DNA from: Fistulifera solaris
Taxonomy: Eukaryota
Reading direction: 5' to 3'
DNA length: 64,000 nucleotides
Assembly (NCBI GenBank): GCA_030295235.1
Contig: AP026126.1
Span: forward strand, 1,984,001-2,048,000
Below, in pieces: positions 49,635-62,300 of this stretch (position 1 is its first letter; each line of letters begins with the position of its first letter). Under the pieces are notes generated by a model. It searched no databases. It was not told where the DNA came from and saw only the letters and a program-made list of their open reading frames with translations. Position numbers and translations under genes: made by a program.

Positions 49635-50033
49635 ATGTTTGCCAGACTTAACGCTATAACTCGACACAATGCTGCATGCCAGTCATGGATGCGTTCTACG
49701 TGTAGAGCGATGCATTACAAGCTACCTTGGGAAAAGGAGCAACCACGAACTGTTCCGGAAACCGCAGTAATTCCGGATCACATTGGCTGGGTAACAATTA
49801 ACGAAGGGACTTGGAAAGCGGAAATGGCACGACAAGTACCGGGCGTCCCTCTTACTGTGGGATCGTGGTGGGCTATAGAAGACGACGATACCGACGAACA
49901 AGATGAATCGAAACGAATGGATCTTATGAATCGTAACTCACGTTTTGGCAAGAAAGCAAATGGCGGCAAACGAGCGTGCTCGCGTCAGGCGCGAAGAACA
50001 AAAAGACGCGCCTTTGGCAATCATCGACGCTAA
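49635..50033 (+). CDS. Small putative mitochondrial protein with a highly basic C-terminus (possible mitoribosomal protein)
   Basis: ATG-initiated 132-aa ORF with an Arg-rich presequence-like start (MFARLNAITRH...), an acidic linker, and the terminal MNRNSRFGKKANGGKRACSRQARRTKRRAFGNHRR. Confidence 0.6.
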   Translation: MFARLNAITRHNAACQSWMRSTCRAMHYKLPWEKEQPRTVPETAVIPDHIGWVTINEGTWKAEMARQVPGVPLTVGSWWAIEDDDTDEQDESKRMDLMNRNSRFGKKANGGKRACSRQARRTKRRAFGNHRR

Positions 50034-50690
50034 AGCTAGATCTTGCAAAATGAACTCGATAACATGAAACACAAGAAATCTTCTTCTTTTAGAGTCTAAA
50101 CGTTTTATTTCTATTCAAATTTAGTCTGCTGCATTTGAATTGTCTCAATCAAGGTCACGTGATGAACGATACGGTGCGCAGTGTTTCTTGACAGTAAGAA
50201 TGCGTTTGTACAATGAAAACACCTGTAGAGGTCAACCTTGTTCCCGTCATTTCAGTAAGCGAAAGAGCTGGAGACTAGCAAATGCAAGTGCCTGGACTAG
50301 TTTGCCTACTTTCATTTCAGTTTGAATTTCCTTGTGAATTCTTTCATAAAGAAGGACAATAATTGGAGATTGAACGAGTTATATCATGGTGCAAGTCTCA
50401 ACAAAGGAATACCTTGTACCGCGGATACGGCTCGAGGCATGACTCCACTGAGATGAAGAGCAGGCAGCACGCACGTCAATTCTCACGAAATCGTCATCCC
50501 GCCGTCCGCCATTTCACCCGTTCTCCACCCAATATTTTCTCGCGACGCCAAAAAACACTCCTTGTATTTTTTCTTTCCGCTTCCTTTATTGCCTTTATTT
50601 AGTATCAAACCGTTTCACCACCAAGTCAACGAATCTTTCTTTCATTTTTCACATTCTAAACTTTACATCCTATTAATTAATTAATTAATT

Positions 50691-51634
50691 ATGTCACGTC
50701 CCGAACTAACCGGACCGGCCGCACATTTCTACAATGAAAAAGAGGCGCGCAAATATGACTCGTCGTCTCGCATGGTCGGCGTGCAACGTGAAATCACGGA
50801 ACGAGCTATTGAATTGTTGCGGCTTGATCATTCACAACCGGCCTACGTGTTAGATATCGGTTGTGGCTCGGGTCTTTCTGGACAGGTATTAGAAGAAAAA
50901 GGTCATTTCTGGTTGGGTTGTGATGTTTCTCGCGACATGTTGCTGGTGGCGCAAGAGCGCATGCACAATCAAGCCGAAAACGACGACGACGACGATGATG
51001 ATGATGAAAGCATGGACGGTGATTCGAATCATAACATCAAAAAACAACGAAAGTCTACGGGAGATCTCATGCACCATGATATGGGGACAGGATTGCCATT
51101 CCGACCGGCAACATTTGATGCATGCATCTCGATTTCGGCCCTACAATGGCTTTGCTATTCCAACTCGGCGCAACAGAATCCGCGTAGACGTTTGACCCGA
51201 TTCTTTTCGTCATTGTATACAGTTCTCAAACGCGGTGGAAGAGCTGTGTTACAATTCTACCCCGAGACGGCCGAACAGGCTGTCCTCATTACCGAATGCG
51301 CTACAAGAGTAGGCTTCGCTGGTGGTGTCGTTGTGGATTATCCCAACTCGGCGAAAGCCAAGAAACATTATCTAGTGCTCAGTTTCGATCGAAATTCCGA
51401 ACAAAAGCGCAAAGCAGCGCTCAAAGATGGTTTGAGCTCGGCGGCAGAAGAGCAACAATCAGTTCTCGTGACAGGCGCGAGTCGAGAAGGAACCAAAAAA
51501 GCTCCCATTCGCAAAAAGAAGGGTGTGAAAACAAAGGAATGGATTGTTCACAAAAGGAGACTCAGCGCAAGAAAGGAAAAGCGGTTCGTCCCGACACTAA
51601 ATACACAGCTCGTCGGCGTCCTACCAAATTCTAG
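50691..51634 (+). CDS. BUD23: 18S rRNA guanine-N7 methyltransferase; frameshift near 51550
   Basis: MSRPE..GPA..FYNEKEARKY, LDIGCGSGLSG, DMGTGLPFRPATFDACISISALQWLC, LQFYPE, GFAGGVVVDYPNSAKAKK, and C-terminal KKE.QRKKGK.VRPDTKYTARRR in the shifted frame. Confidence 0.95.
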
Positions 51635-51721
51635 GCCTTACTATTTTTTTTACTCCGTATTACTTCCATGTCCGAGTACTTTTTATCTTGAATGATTCTA
51701 ATGGATTATTCTTTTCGTACG

Positions 51722-52397
51722 TCATGATGCGCTTTCTTCCACTTCTGTCAGGAGTAATGGTTGAACATCTGGGCGATCCACTTCTACATCCATCATCTTG
51801 CAAAAATGAGTCCGTTATGAGTTTAAATGAGGACGAGCCATATAGTTTGCCACAAACAAACTGTAATCAACACTAAACACTTACCATGGCCAAATGAAAA
51901 TCGTGTCGCGACAAGCCACCCAGAACCAACGTATGACAACTGACGGAACTGACCACTTGCCAATTTTTCTTGACAATTTTCCGTTCCAGTGACAGTACTA
52001 ATGGGAAATGATTGTTGATTTGTGCCACAGCAGCTATTTTGTGAAGAAATCGTGCTCCAGAAAGATAATCGGGATGAATGAAGTGTCTTGTCAACGAAAA
52101 TGGTGCATTTGGGTCTTCTGCATTCATTTCGAACGTCCATTGTGAATTAATTGTTGACTTTAACATGGTGGCGTCGGTCATAGTCAGAGGCTTACCTCCT
52201 TGTCCGTAAGGATCGCATTTTTGATTAGGCCGCTTGGCCAAAGGATCGTATTTTGGCTTGGATGTCGAAGAAAGCCATCGTTGGCAAACGAATGATGAGG
52301 AACAATTTTGATGCTTCGTTGTGTGTCGGAATGCATTACTAATAGCTATTCTCCGCGCGATCTGCCCACGCAAGCTCTCTTTCACTTTTATTATCAT
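51722..52397 (-). CDS. PCBD: Pterin-4-alpha-carbinolamine dehydratase-like, organelle-targeted; intron 51884-51797
   Basis: KCDPYGQGGKPL...W...LTRHF.HPDY..GARFLHKIAAVAQINNHFP...HTLVLGGLSRHDFHLAM|MMD. The GTAAGT...GCAAG intron gives a 25-codon last exon. Confidence 0.8.
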
Positions 52398-52711
52398 TCT
52401 CTGTTGCTAGCTTGAAGTTATAAAGGTTGGCGAATATGAATGAAAGTTTTATTGCTTGTCAATGGCTATTTCGCAAACTGCGTCGCTTTATCCATCCATA
52501 CCTCATACCTCATGACTGAATTCCAGTCTTGGCGAAAACGGACAACACTATGAGGCTTACCTGGTAGACTTGCAGGAGACGGCGTTAAAATTCTGCATTG
52601 TCGTGGACGCTACGTAGAATCTTGTACTGGAGGCAGAATTTTAACGTCCTTCTAAAAAAAAGCGAATATTTCGAGCTGATTTCGCTCGTCACACAAAAAA
52701 ATAATTTTGGC

Positions 52712-53424
52712 ACACGACGATCTGAAAGCGGAATTCATGTCTCTTTGCACGCAAGCCTTTGGACCCAAATCTGTTCGCAATGAGCCTACCATTCACACAT
52801 TTGGCAACAGCAACAACAGTACACAGGTTCAAGAGCTTCGAGGAGATGTTTCGGCCTATGGCTTTTGGAATGAGAGACGAACGACCATTTTCGATGTCCG
52901 AGTTACTGATACCGACGCACCGTCATACAGAAACCGTGACCCAATTAAGGTTCTGGCTTCTCAAGAGCGTGAAAAGCGTAGCATGTACGGACCCCCTTGC
53001 CACGAACGCAGACGAGACTTCACTCCCCTGGTCTTTTCCATTGACGGAATGATGGGACAACAGGCTATTTCAGCATCGAGACAGCTTGCAAGAAAACTTC
53101 AGCCGGAAGTGGAACAAGCCATACTCCGAGATCTGTGGCTTCATCCGGGCGCGCATGAGTCTTTCCCTGGTCAGGTCAGTTAGTATGCTTCTGCGAAATC
53201 CAAGAGAAGGAATGCCAAAACGGAATCCCCCTCATTGGGAAACGGGCTCGGGACTGGCCCTCTACTAGCGCACTAAGGCTAGGGAGTTAGAACCAAAGCT
53301 GACTCATTGAAGTGTCAGACTGAAATATATGTGAATGAAAAGTGGAAAATTCAGTCGAATGTCAAGATTAGATTCTGACAATTAAAAAATTAGGAAAAAA
53401 AGATCTTAGCAAAAAAAAAAAAAA
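52712..53424 (+). mobile_element. 5'-truncated non-LTR retrotransposon carrying a restriction-like endonuclease domain (CRE/Ambal-like), with 3' UTR, poly(A) and target-site duplication
   Basis: HDDLKAEF...EP...LRGDVSAYGFW...FDVRVTDTDAPSY...EREKRSMY...C.....FTPLVFSIDGMMG, then (frameshift near 53095) KWNKPYSEICGFIRARMSLSLVRS. Stop at 53268, A14 tract at 53411-53424, and aattttggc duplicated at 52703-52711 and 53423-53431. Confidence 0.88.
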
Positions 53425-53783
53425 TTTTGGCCGAAGCAAACAACAAACAAACAACACAAACCGCAGAACCATAAAATCATTTCTCGTGACTGAAACTCAG
53501 TCTTGGACAAGTGCTGCTTACACTTTGGAGGATGGTTCAATCAAGTCCTTAACTCTAATGATCCAAGAATATATGTCACGAGCGACGCGTGCTCGCGTGT
53601 GCTTCCTTTGGGCCACCACGCCACCAGGAACGAGGCACGAAGATTTCGTACTGCACGTTTTTCATTCGTCCGCCTTCATTCATTGCAACTGCAATTGAAT
53701 CCTTTTCATTTCTCGTGGTGTTTTCGTATCATTGTTTGCAAAGCGTTTTTCATTTCATAGGCACGAAACCCAGTTCCTTGCAA

Positions 53784-56138
53784 ATGTCAAAAGAAGAAAA
53801 CATAGCAGCTCAACTTCTTTTGTCGTCAGAAAAAGAAGGAGATACGAAACAACATCGCGAGCTTTTCAAAGATTGCGCTCTCGTAGAAATCATTCATCTT
53901 CACGACTGCTTACGAGGATCATTAAAGGCACTGGAACACGATGTACAACAACTAGCCAAAGCGGTGCATTCTGGTTCCGAAGAACAGCAACGAATGCTAG
54001 AAAAGAAAGTCGCAGGGAGATTTCAAGTGATTTGGAGTGTCTTTCGAGCACATTCTTCTGCAGAAGATGAATTTATCTGGCCGGCTTTACAGCGAAAAAC
54101 ACAAGGACGAATCCAGGGACACAAACACAAAGGGAAGGACGCTATTATTGAGCAAGAAGAATACGAAGAAGATCACGCGGATGAGGAACGTATGTTTTCC
54201 GAGATGGACCGATTGCTCACACGATTGAGGCAATATCTACTCAAACCGGATTTGTCACAGCCCAACAATAACCAGCACACCGAACAAGTTATAACGGCTA
54301 TCGCTCAACACACGTCGACACTATCACAGCATTTAATGCATCATTTAAAAAAAGAAGAAACACAATGCATGCCGCTGGTTGCGCAACACTTGTCAAAAGA
54401 GGAAATTCACGAACTCGTGGGGCAGATCATGGGCAAGCGCTCCGCCGATACGATTGCACAAATTATGACAATGGCGGTTCAAAGTTTGAACGAAGCAGAT
54501 CGGATCGAAATGGTCAAGTACATGAAGCAAGCCATGTCAGGCACGTTCTTTGATCGGTGGCTTCTCATGTCGGGATGGATGTCACACGATGCACCAAATG
54601 CGGATATTGCGCCCAACGCGAGACCCGAACAACCAGGAAATGACGAACTTGCTGTGAATGAAGTTCAGGCGGATGAGGCACTAAATCGTAATTTGAAACG
54701 ACGTGCAGATGCTGAGGAACAGGATGACACCAAGCGTGCGCGAATCGTTCCTTTGGAGGATGAAGAACTAGAGGAAGCTAATAATTCCGGAGGATGGACA
54801 AGTCCGGAAGAACTGGAAAAGTTCATTCGTGCCATTGCTACAAATCCAGCGTTAACGGCAGCGCAGAAGAACTCGACTATACAAGGCCTGCGTGATAGTG
54901 TTTGGAAAAGTAACAAGAAACATCGGGGATCTCGTCCAGCGGCCCCGACGGTTGTTAATTCCACTACCACCAGTTTTCACCACCCTCGTTTTCCATCGGC
55001 TGAACCTGGTCGCCCAGCTCTAGTCACTGCTTCCTCCACGCGGCGAGTGACACCGCCATCCATGTATTTCAAGAAGAACAAGGCAGGGAAAGTCGTAGTG
55101 ATATCGCCTAATGACTTGCCTGCATCGTCGTCCGAACCCCTGCCTCTGTTTTCGGCGTCAGAGATGGCACCTACATATCACGATGGTGCTGCAGCATCTG
55201 TGCTGGGATGTCCACATTACGCTCGCGCATGCAAACTGCGGCATCCCAATTCAGGGCGCTTGTACACGTGTCGATTATGTTGCGAACAGCAGCGGGAATT
55301 GGCCAGTGGTGATCCGGACGACCCACTTGACCGTTATGCCGTTACGGAAGTCTTGTGTATGCAGTGCCATGCGCTACAACCTGCTGGAGATCGTTGTATC
55401 AATGCGGAATGTGAATCAAGAGGAAAACCATTCTCCAAGTATTTTTGCCGCATCTGTCATTTGTACGATGATGCCGCCAATAAACATATCTTTCACTGTC
55501 CCTATTGCAATTGCTGCCGTTTAGGAAAAGGTCTTGGAATCGACTTCCGGCACTGCATGGTACGTAATGCGATTGCAAAAATTAAGTTTATGATTTTCGG
55601 TAATGCTCACAAAATTCTTGCCTGTTTTCTTCGCAGCGGTGTAACGCCTGTGTATCGCTCGCTGACGATGACCACCAGTGCATCCCTCAGAAATTGCAAG
55701 GAAGCTGTCCAATTTGTCATGAAAGTCTCTTTCAATCGACTGAGCCTTTACGTGGTCTGAAATGCGGCCACGTAATGCACATGTCATGTTTCACTGAGTA
55801 CCGCAGGGGGCACTCGTACACTTGTCCGTTGTGCATGCGGTCTATGGACGATATGAAAGGTAAGCTTTCACAAAGTGAATTGGATGATCTCCTACGTGAC
55901 GCACCTCACAAGTCATTCGTGCCTGTTCTTTGAAGACTATTTCGCCATGCTGGATGCAGCCGTGCGCATGCAACCCATGCCGGCAGCCTATCTGACAACG
56001 AAGAGCAACATTTATTGTCAAGATTGCGGGAAAACTGGACAAGTACAGTATCACTTTGTGGGTCTGAAATGTTCCGATTGTGGAAGCTACAATACGAGAG
56101 AGATGGGACGAGTTGACTGTTCCGATGAGGTGCGGTAG
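53784..56138 (+). CDS. Hemerythrin + CHY/CTCHY zinc finger + RING + zinc-ribbon E3 ligase (BRUTUS/HRZ-like architecture); introns 55560-55636 and 55860-55935
   Basis: HHE/hemerythrin: HLHDCLR...AHSSAEDEFIWPAL...EDHADEE...HHLKKEETQCMPL. CHY: GCPHYARACKL...YTCRLCC...CMQC...YFCRICHLYDD...FHCPYCNCCRLGKGLGIDFRHCM|RCNAC. RING: CPICHE...KCGHVMHMSC...CPLC. Ribbon: IYCQDCG...YHFVGLKCSDCGSYNT. Confidence 0.9.
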
Positions 56139-56363
56139 AGTTGTTCCACGTTACATTTTTGTTAGATTATCGTTGCAAATTCAAGATAGGCTTGAGCACC
56201 TGTTGCGCACTTTTCAGAGTTGCAGTGCTACATTTAGCCCGATTTGACAGGTACTTCTATGCTCTCTCTATTTAAAGAAGTTCAAGTCAATTTATCCCAA
56301 AATAAGCAAATCGGGTATCCCATTTGATATTGCTTTTTATCGATTCACACAATGTTATAGCTC

Positions 56364-58783
56364 TTACTCAGCGTCGTCGTCATCTGGTCCCCCGTCAAAG
56401 ATCATTGGAAGGTCGCCATCCGATTCGTCACTCCCCTCGGCTGATTTCATTTCGCATGGTGGAGCACATGGGATCGGCACCTCCTTTTTCGATTCGGCCG
56501 TCTCACCGCGAGAGCCACCAGGGACTACCTCAGCTACACTCAACTTTGCTCTTCCAGCACGAGGGACAAGCTCAGCTACGATGTCTTTTTGTCGTCTATC
56601 ACCGTCATTGGGAGTTGGTGCTGAAAACAAGGTTTCCTCTTGAGTTATCAGCTTTGACTTTTTGCTAGTCCCCCCTTCGTCACTCTCTGGCGTTGATCCT
56701 ACCCGTTTTAATGATAAGTTATCTGGTTGCGCCGTGTCCGAATTCATGTGCTCCAAAATTGCCCGGCTGAGCATTGAAAACTCAGCATACATGTTTTCAT
56801 CAACTGGTCTGGATCGAACAACGGACAAAGCTGGAATCCGCGCAAACATTGCCGATTCGGAGGTGCGCGATCCACCATATGCAGCTTCCGTTCCAGGGAC
56901 GCCTATTCTTTCGGGCCCATGGACAGCAAGTGCGGCTGTCCTCAAGACATCATGGCTGAGGGAACTGGAGGCCCCGTCTCTCCACGGAACCTGCGCGCAT
57001 GCAGATGCCAGCTTCAAAATGTCGCTACTTGTTGTTTCCATTTGAGATAACTTCCCTGATTTTAATTGTTCCAAATATTCAAATGTGATTTTCTCGATCA
57101 AATTGCGCATGTTGAGCGATAAGTATTCCCCCGCTACAAGGACAGTTGACGCGAGACATCGTGCTGAAGCAGTCAAAATGCCGTATCGATCGAACACAGA
57201 TCCCCATTCTCCCAAGTCTTTCCCATTGACATTCAGATCATTTTTACTCAATTTCAACGATTCCAAGAGAAAGCCAGAAACATACTGAACGGATTGTTCC
57301 AAATCTCTGGAACATTCCTGTGATTTTTGCCGTTGGACAGCGTCGATTGTGGATCTGGTCCACACGCTAAGATTGCTGATCGAAACGAGTTGATGGCGGC
57401 AATTCGTGCTGGAGTCGACCGGTGCAGCCAACGTCGTCGCGAACCTGTATATTGCATGGCACTGGAGGGGTCCACCACTTGACGAACCGTAGCAGAACTG
57501 GTCGTTCGAAGGCCAGCATGAGCGATTTGGTAAATCTTTCTGGTGTAGGAAAGTGGTGGCGCAATTTCGAGCAATCCATTCAACAACAAAAGCCCGCGAA
57601 TAAACACCACATTTGCTACATCCCGAGCTAGAACAATCGTAGTAAGCAATCCCCCATCCAAATACTCGGCACGTAGCCGATTGTTGGTACCATGAAAGGA
57701 AGTCTCCGCCGTCAAAGGGAATGTCATCATTGTTTCCACGACTTGTAATATCAAACCAACGTTGAATTCGACAACAGTAGATTCCTCTTGCCGTTGCAAC
57801 AGTCGTACACCCAACACGACCAAACCGTGAACTAAACTCAGAAAACGATGCCCACGCTTTGTGTTATCATTTGTCTCACTCAATAGACTAATCCACTTAT
57901 CTAACAACCTTTCCAACAATGAATCTTGTTTCAGATGTTCTTCGAGGATGTTACTGTTTCGGTTCGGTTGCACCGTCGGGACAGTGCGTACAAGTACAAG
58001 CATTAAGCCGGACATGACCCCGTCCAAACGAGGCCCCGAAGGAAGAGCTGTCAACAATCGTGCCACCGCTACTTGCACATTTGACTGGTTGCTGTAAAAC
58101 AATGCTTTCCATGCCCATTCACTGAGGTTGTTGAGCAGATCCGTGCTCCGTGCTAATTTGATACCGAACAAAGTGACGAGCGCTGCCGCTGATTGCAAAA
58201 TGGCTTCTCTCATGAAAGATGTTTCCTCATCGTCGTTGTCGTCGTCGTCCTCGTCATCATCACTCGTATTAGCCTTTGTTTCTACAGTCGCTAATTGCTG
58301 CAACAACTGCTTTCCTGAAGTTCCCATGATTTCGAACGCTGCGATAGTACTTGTATCAGGATTTTGTGCAATACGAATCGTCTGACAGATAGTATTAATG
58401 AGATCCGCCGCTAACGCGACAAGAAGACTGGACTGATGATTGGAATAGGAAGCAAGAATACGTAGAATAGCCGATACAATCAATTGAGCATCGACCGTCG
58501 GTCCTTGTGACGAGCGTTCGTCGGATTTTGACGACTTCTTTTCTCCTCGTTTTGTACTTTGCGTGGAAGCATTCTCCAAAACCGTTTGTGCATCATGGTG
58601 ATTTTGATAAAATAAAGTGCCTCTCTGACTTATAGTCGAAATGAGGAGTTGCAATGCATCCAACACTGTTTCATAAAGGTCACAATCCTCGATATTGTTT
58701 TCGTACAATCGTAATAAACGAAGCAATTCCTGTCCCGTCGGCAAGGTGTCTGTGGGGAGAGGAGGCTGAATCATTTTCTTCAT
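56364..58783 (-). CDS. Helical-repeat protein with an acidic tail, possibly RIX1/PELP1-like; frameshift near 57330
   Basis: Two overlapping long ORFs (509 aa and 355 aa) rich in amphipathic helices. The FARIPAL segment and terminal DLPMIFDGGPDDDD resemble plant/algal RIX1/PELP1 homologues. Family assignment is tentative. Confidence 0.55.
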
Positions 58784-59393
58784 AGAGGCCTGTGTGAGAC
58801 AAACATATCCTTTAGTTGCAAGTTATCCAGAAAATGTTGTTTCCCCCAGAACATGCGAAAGAAAATAAGCACGGGTGGAGGAGGACGCGAAAGAAACGCG
58901 AAAAGTGTGCACGAAAATTTTGCCAGAAGTGGCTAAACTTGGATTCCGGATTCCTTCCTTATCGATGAGCGTCGAGCGTAGAGCCTCTCTAGACCTAGAG
59001 CCTTAGAGCTTGGAGCTTAGTCTGATAAAATGCGACTACCAATTATCGCGCCTATTGCTACTAAATATTACCAAGGCAGCCATTTTCATTATCAACAAAG
59101 ATATGGTACCATCAATGGATTCAAAACGTCGAAAAGAGGAGAATTTTGGCGACGTTCGAAAATCGACGTAAGTTTCACGTACCCGTAGCTCTCGCAGGGA
59201 AATTACCGACAAAGGGCAACCCGGATTTCGTGTGTTTCGCGGTTGACCTGTTTCGACCTGATGATCTCCGCACGCGAGGACAATCGGACGAAGATACGGA
59301 AGACATTTTGCAGCTTTCATTCCAGCATCATAAAATTCGACTTGTTTTACGTTAAGCAGCTTCAAGCGACCTCCTTTCACCTAACAAACCAGA

Positions 59394-62300
59394 ATGGCGC
59401 TTTCTTGTTCTCCCGGAGAGGCTGTTTATACACTTTTCGGAGCCGGAGTCGTCGTACATCATGACCTTCAATTGCAACAATACTGCGTGCGTTTATGGCG
59501 AATTCCTGGAAAATCTATTGCGTCTTCCGCCGTAGCGTATCTACAAGCTTCAGCAATCATCGAGAAGATTCCGGTAGCTCCCGGAATGTTTACGAAACTC
59601 TTACGATCCTCGAAATCCGTTGAAGAAGAAGAAGAAGAAAATAGCAAGGAAGTACTCGTGCATTGTTACTATTCCACAAACAAAACTTTTCTCGTTTCGG
59701 AGGTTCTTCCTGAAAGCAACGAGAAAGAAGAATCGGTAGAGTCATCTTTAGCGCTGCATCGCAAACAATCATTACCGAAGCATGTCGCCGTGCTGCAATC
59801 TGTCACATCCCAACAACTGCAACCAGCACCGGCCGCTCAATTTTATCCTTTCCTGGAAACTCTCATGAAGAGGGCGGATGATACTGTCGTCATGACACGA
59901 AATATGTTACAAAGTGAACAAACGCAGCAATTTCTGCAACACACGGACCGCGTCACGTCACAAGTGGTGCAAGCCACCTCATTGTCCGCCAACGACGTGA
60001 AGAATGTCGCACCTGCGGCGGAACAAGGATTGCATCAAGTAGTCCAGCTGATGAAAGACGAATCGTTGACGGAATTGTTAAAAACGTGTAAGAGTCGTTT
60101 GGATGAACTCGTACGCAGTACCGATATGTCCAAGACGACGCAACAAGTTCTTGAAAAGACGGGTATCCGCATTCAATTGCCCGAAAAGGCTTCCTTACAA
60201 ACTACGCGAAAGGCCGCGTTGGAGGCACTGAATGATTGGTTGGAACGTCATAACAACGGCGAAGACTGGCATGCGGTTCGGGAGGAACTCGCGACGCAAT
60301 TTTCCACCACATTTGATTCACTCGCGGCAGCGGCACAAATCCGATCGTCAATTGCAACAAAGGTTTGGTGAGATCTCCGACAAGACGGCCCTGTGGCAAC
60401 AAGCCACGGGGAGATTATTACAAACACGGTCGGCTACTCTCTTTTTTGGAGGGCGCCACTCGGCTACAAAATCGTGCGGTGGCCTTATTTCGGCAAGCCA
60501 ATTGGGCCGGAGATATTGGTTCACATTTCACCAAGTCATTCACTGAGGGAGATGCTGCGATGGCTCGTGTCAAATCTTTGGAGCTGGGTGAGGCATTAAA
60601 AAGTAGATTGGTCCATGCCATTGAGCTGAGAAGTGAATCGATTGGCGGATTGGATGGGATTATCGCGGGCGCACTGTCGACTCTCAACGACAAAGGAAAT
60701 GGCGATATTCAAGCATTACTTTCGAATTTGCAGAAACAAGCTAGCTCGGCAACAAGCAACGCGCACGAAACGTTAATTACTGTATTGTCGTCGCAGAGCG
60801 AGTACCGCGAAGCTGCTCTGATGCGACTCGAGAGGGTTTTGTGCTCGCTTTCCAGTCATTTGGAAGGAACACCGCAAGAAATTGCCGCAATGGCTCGTGG
60901 GAAAGGAGGAACGCATAAGATTTTTGAGCCAATTGCCAAACAGGCCATGCAGCAGATCAACCATCATTTGGATGCAGCTGAAACGCAGATCAAAGATCCA
61001 ACCATATTGCACGTGTTACAAAAAGTCAGGAAGATTATGTCGGGAGAGATGTCTCCTGACGATGTAATGGATGAAATCGTATCCGTTTTGAACGATGACA
61101 AAGTAGTAGCAGCCAGCGAGACGATTGTGCAGCATAGTGAGCATGTTCTCGATGCACTTGAGGGCGTTTCGGGTAACAAAGCCGTGGCCGATGCTCTACA
61201 AATAGCTGAGCGTGCTGGAATTACAAAAGATTCAGTGCTACAGGAGTTTGGGAAGCTTAATGTGGATGAATTGATTGGGACGGCCGGAACTGCTGTAACG
61301 GATGAGAAAGCTCGGCAACAACTACTGTCATCGGCCACAGATGCTGCTTTGGATTTTGCACTTCGCGTCTTGCCGTCCATGCCGATACCGCCTTTTGAGG
61401 GAGTGAAAGACGGGCTTATTTATCACATATCCAATCTATCAATGAAAGGATTCCGGGTCAAAAAGAAGATATTCATATTGTTTTAGCAGGAATGCGAGCG
61501 ACGAAAAGAGACCATAGCTCTTCCAGATTGAATACGGAAGATAACAGCTTTTTCTCCTTTCGAACTTACCAAGGACGACTCCATGGAAGTTCAAGAATTA
61601 GAAACTCAAGTCAAACCAACGGAGCTACTGATCATAGATATACGAGAGATATCCGCAGTTTTTGATAATGCTGAGTGGAGTTTTGAACAAACATACCTCC
61701 CTTACCTTAAGGGAGATGGGAAAGTCGATGTGAAGATGAGTGGTGGGGCGATACGACTACAATTTGAATTACGATGTCGTCGAAAGCAAACCACAGAAGG
61801 CGCTGAGTTTTGGGAGCCCGTTTTATGCTTACATGATAGGGAGTGCACTATATCGGATGTTGACATGAATTTGCAGGGTGATAGTAGACTGGCATGGATC
61901 ATCAACAAAGCTGCAGGAATTTTTCGAGTTCCACTTAGAGATTATGTCGTACGAACAATCATTCGTATTATCGCCGATCGAAGCGGGTGGATTCTTAAGC
62001 GTCTGAATGATGTTTTGTCGCCTTACTGGGACGTTATTCTTCGTACAGCGAAGTTGAACATGGTACGTTGTTCATCATCATACCATGGTAGTGACTTGCC
62101 TCTTCTTTGTCTCATAAAACGCTTTAAATGAAGAACGACCTGGTTGAGGCGGACGAACATGTAGTTGTAGAAGAAGTAAGGAGTCAAGCTACAGTTATTG
62201 AACTCGTTTGGCGTGAGCGGCTTCCTCTAGGCATGAACTTACTAACAAACGATCCTTCTGGTTTACTAAAAGTGGTGGATTTTCCTCGTGGAAGTCAGGC

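Noticed and set aside
52550..52620. U1 snRNA-like start (cttacctgg)
   Set aside because: Only the short motif matches; I could not find the U1 stem-loops or Sm site.
53589..53783. N-terminal 65 aa of the 723-aa ORF; likewise the 22016-22222 extension of the DUF711 ORF
   Set aside because: Non-ATG starts with UTR-like composition; downstream ATGs (53784 and 22015) are better starts.
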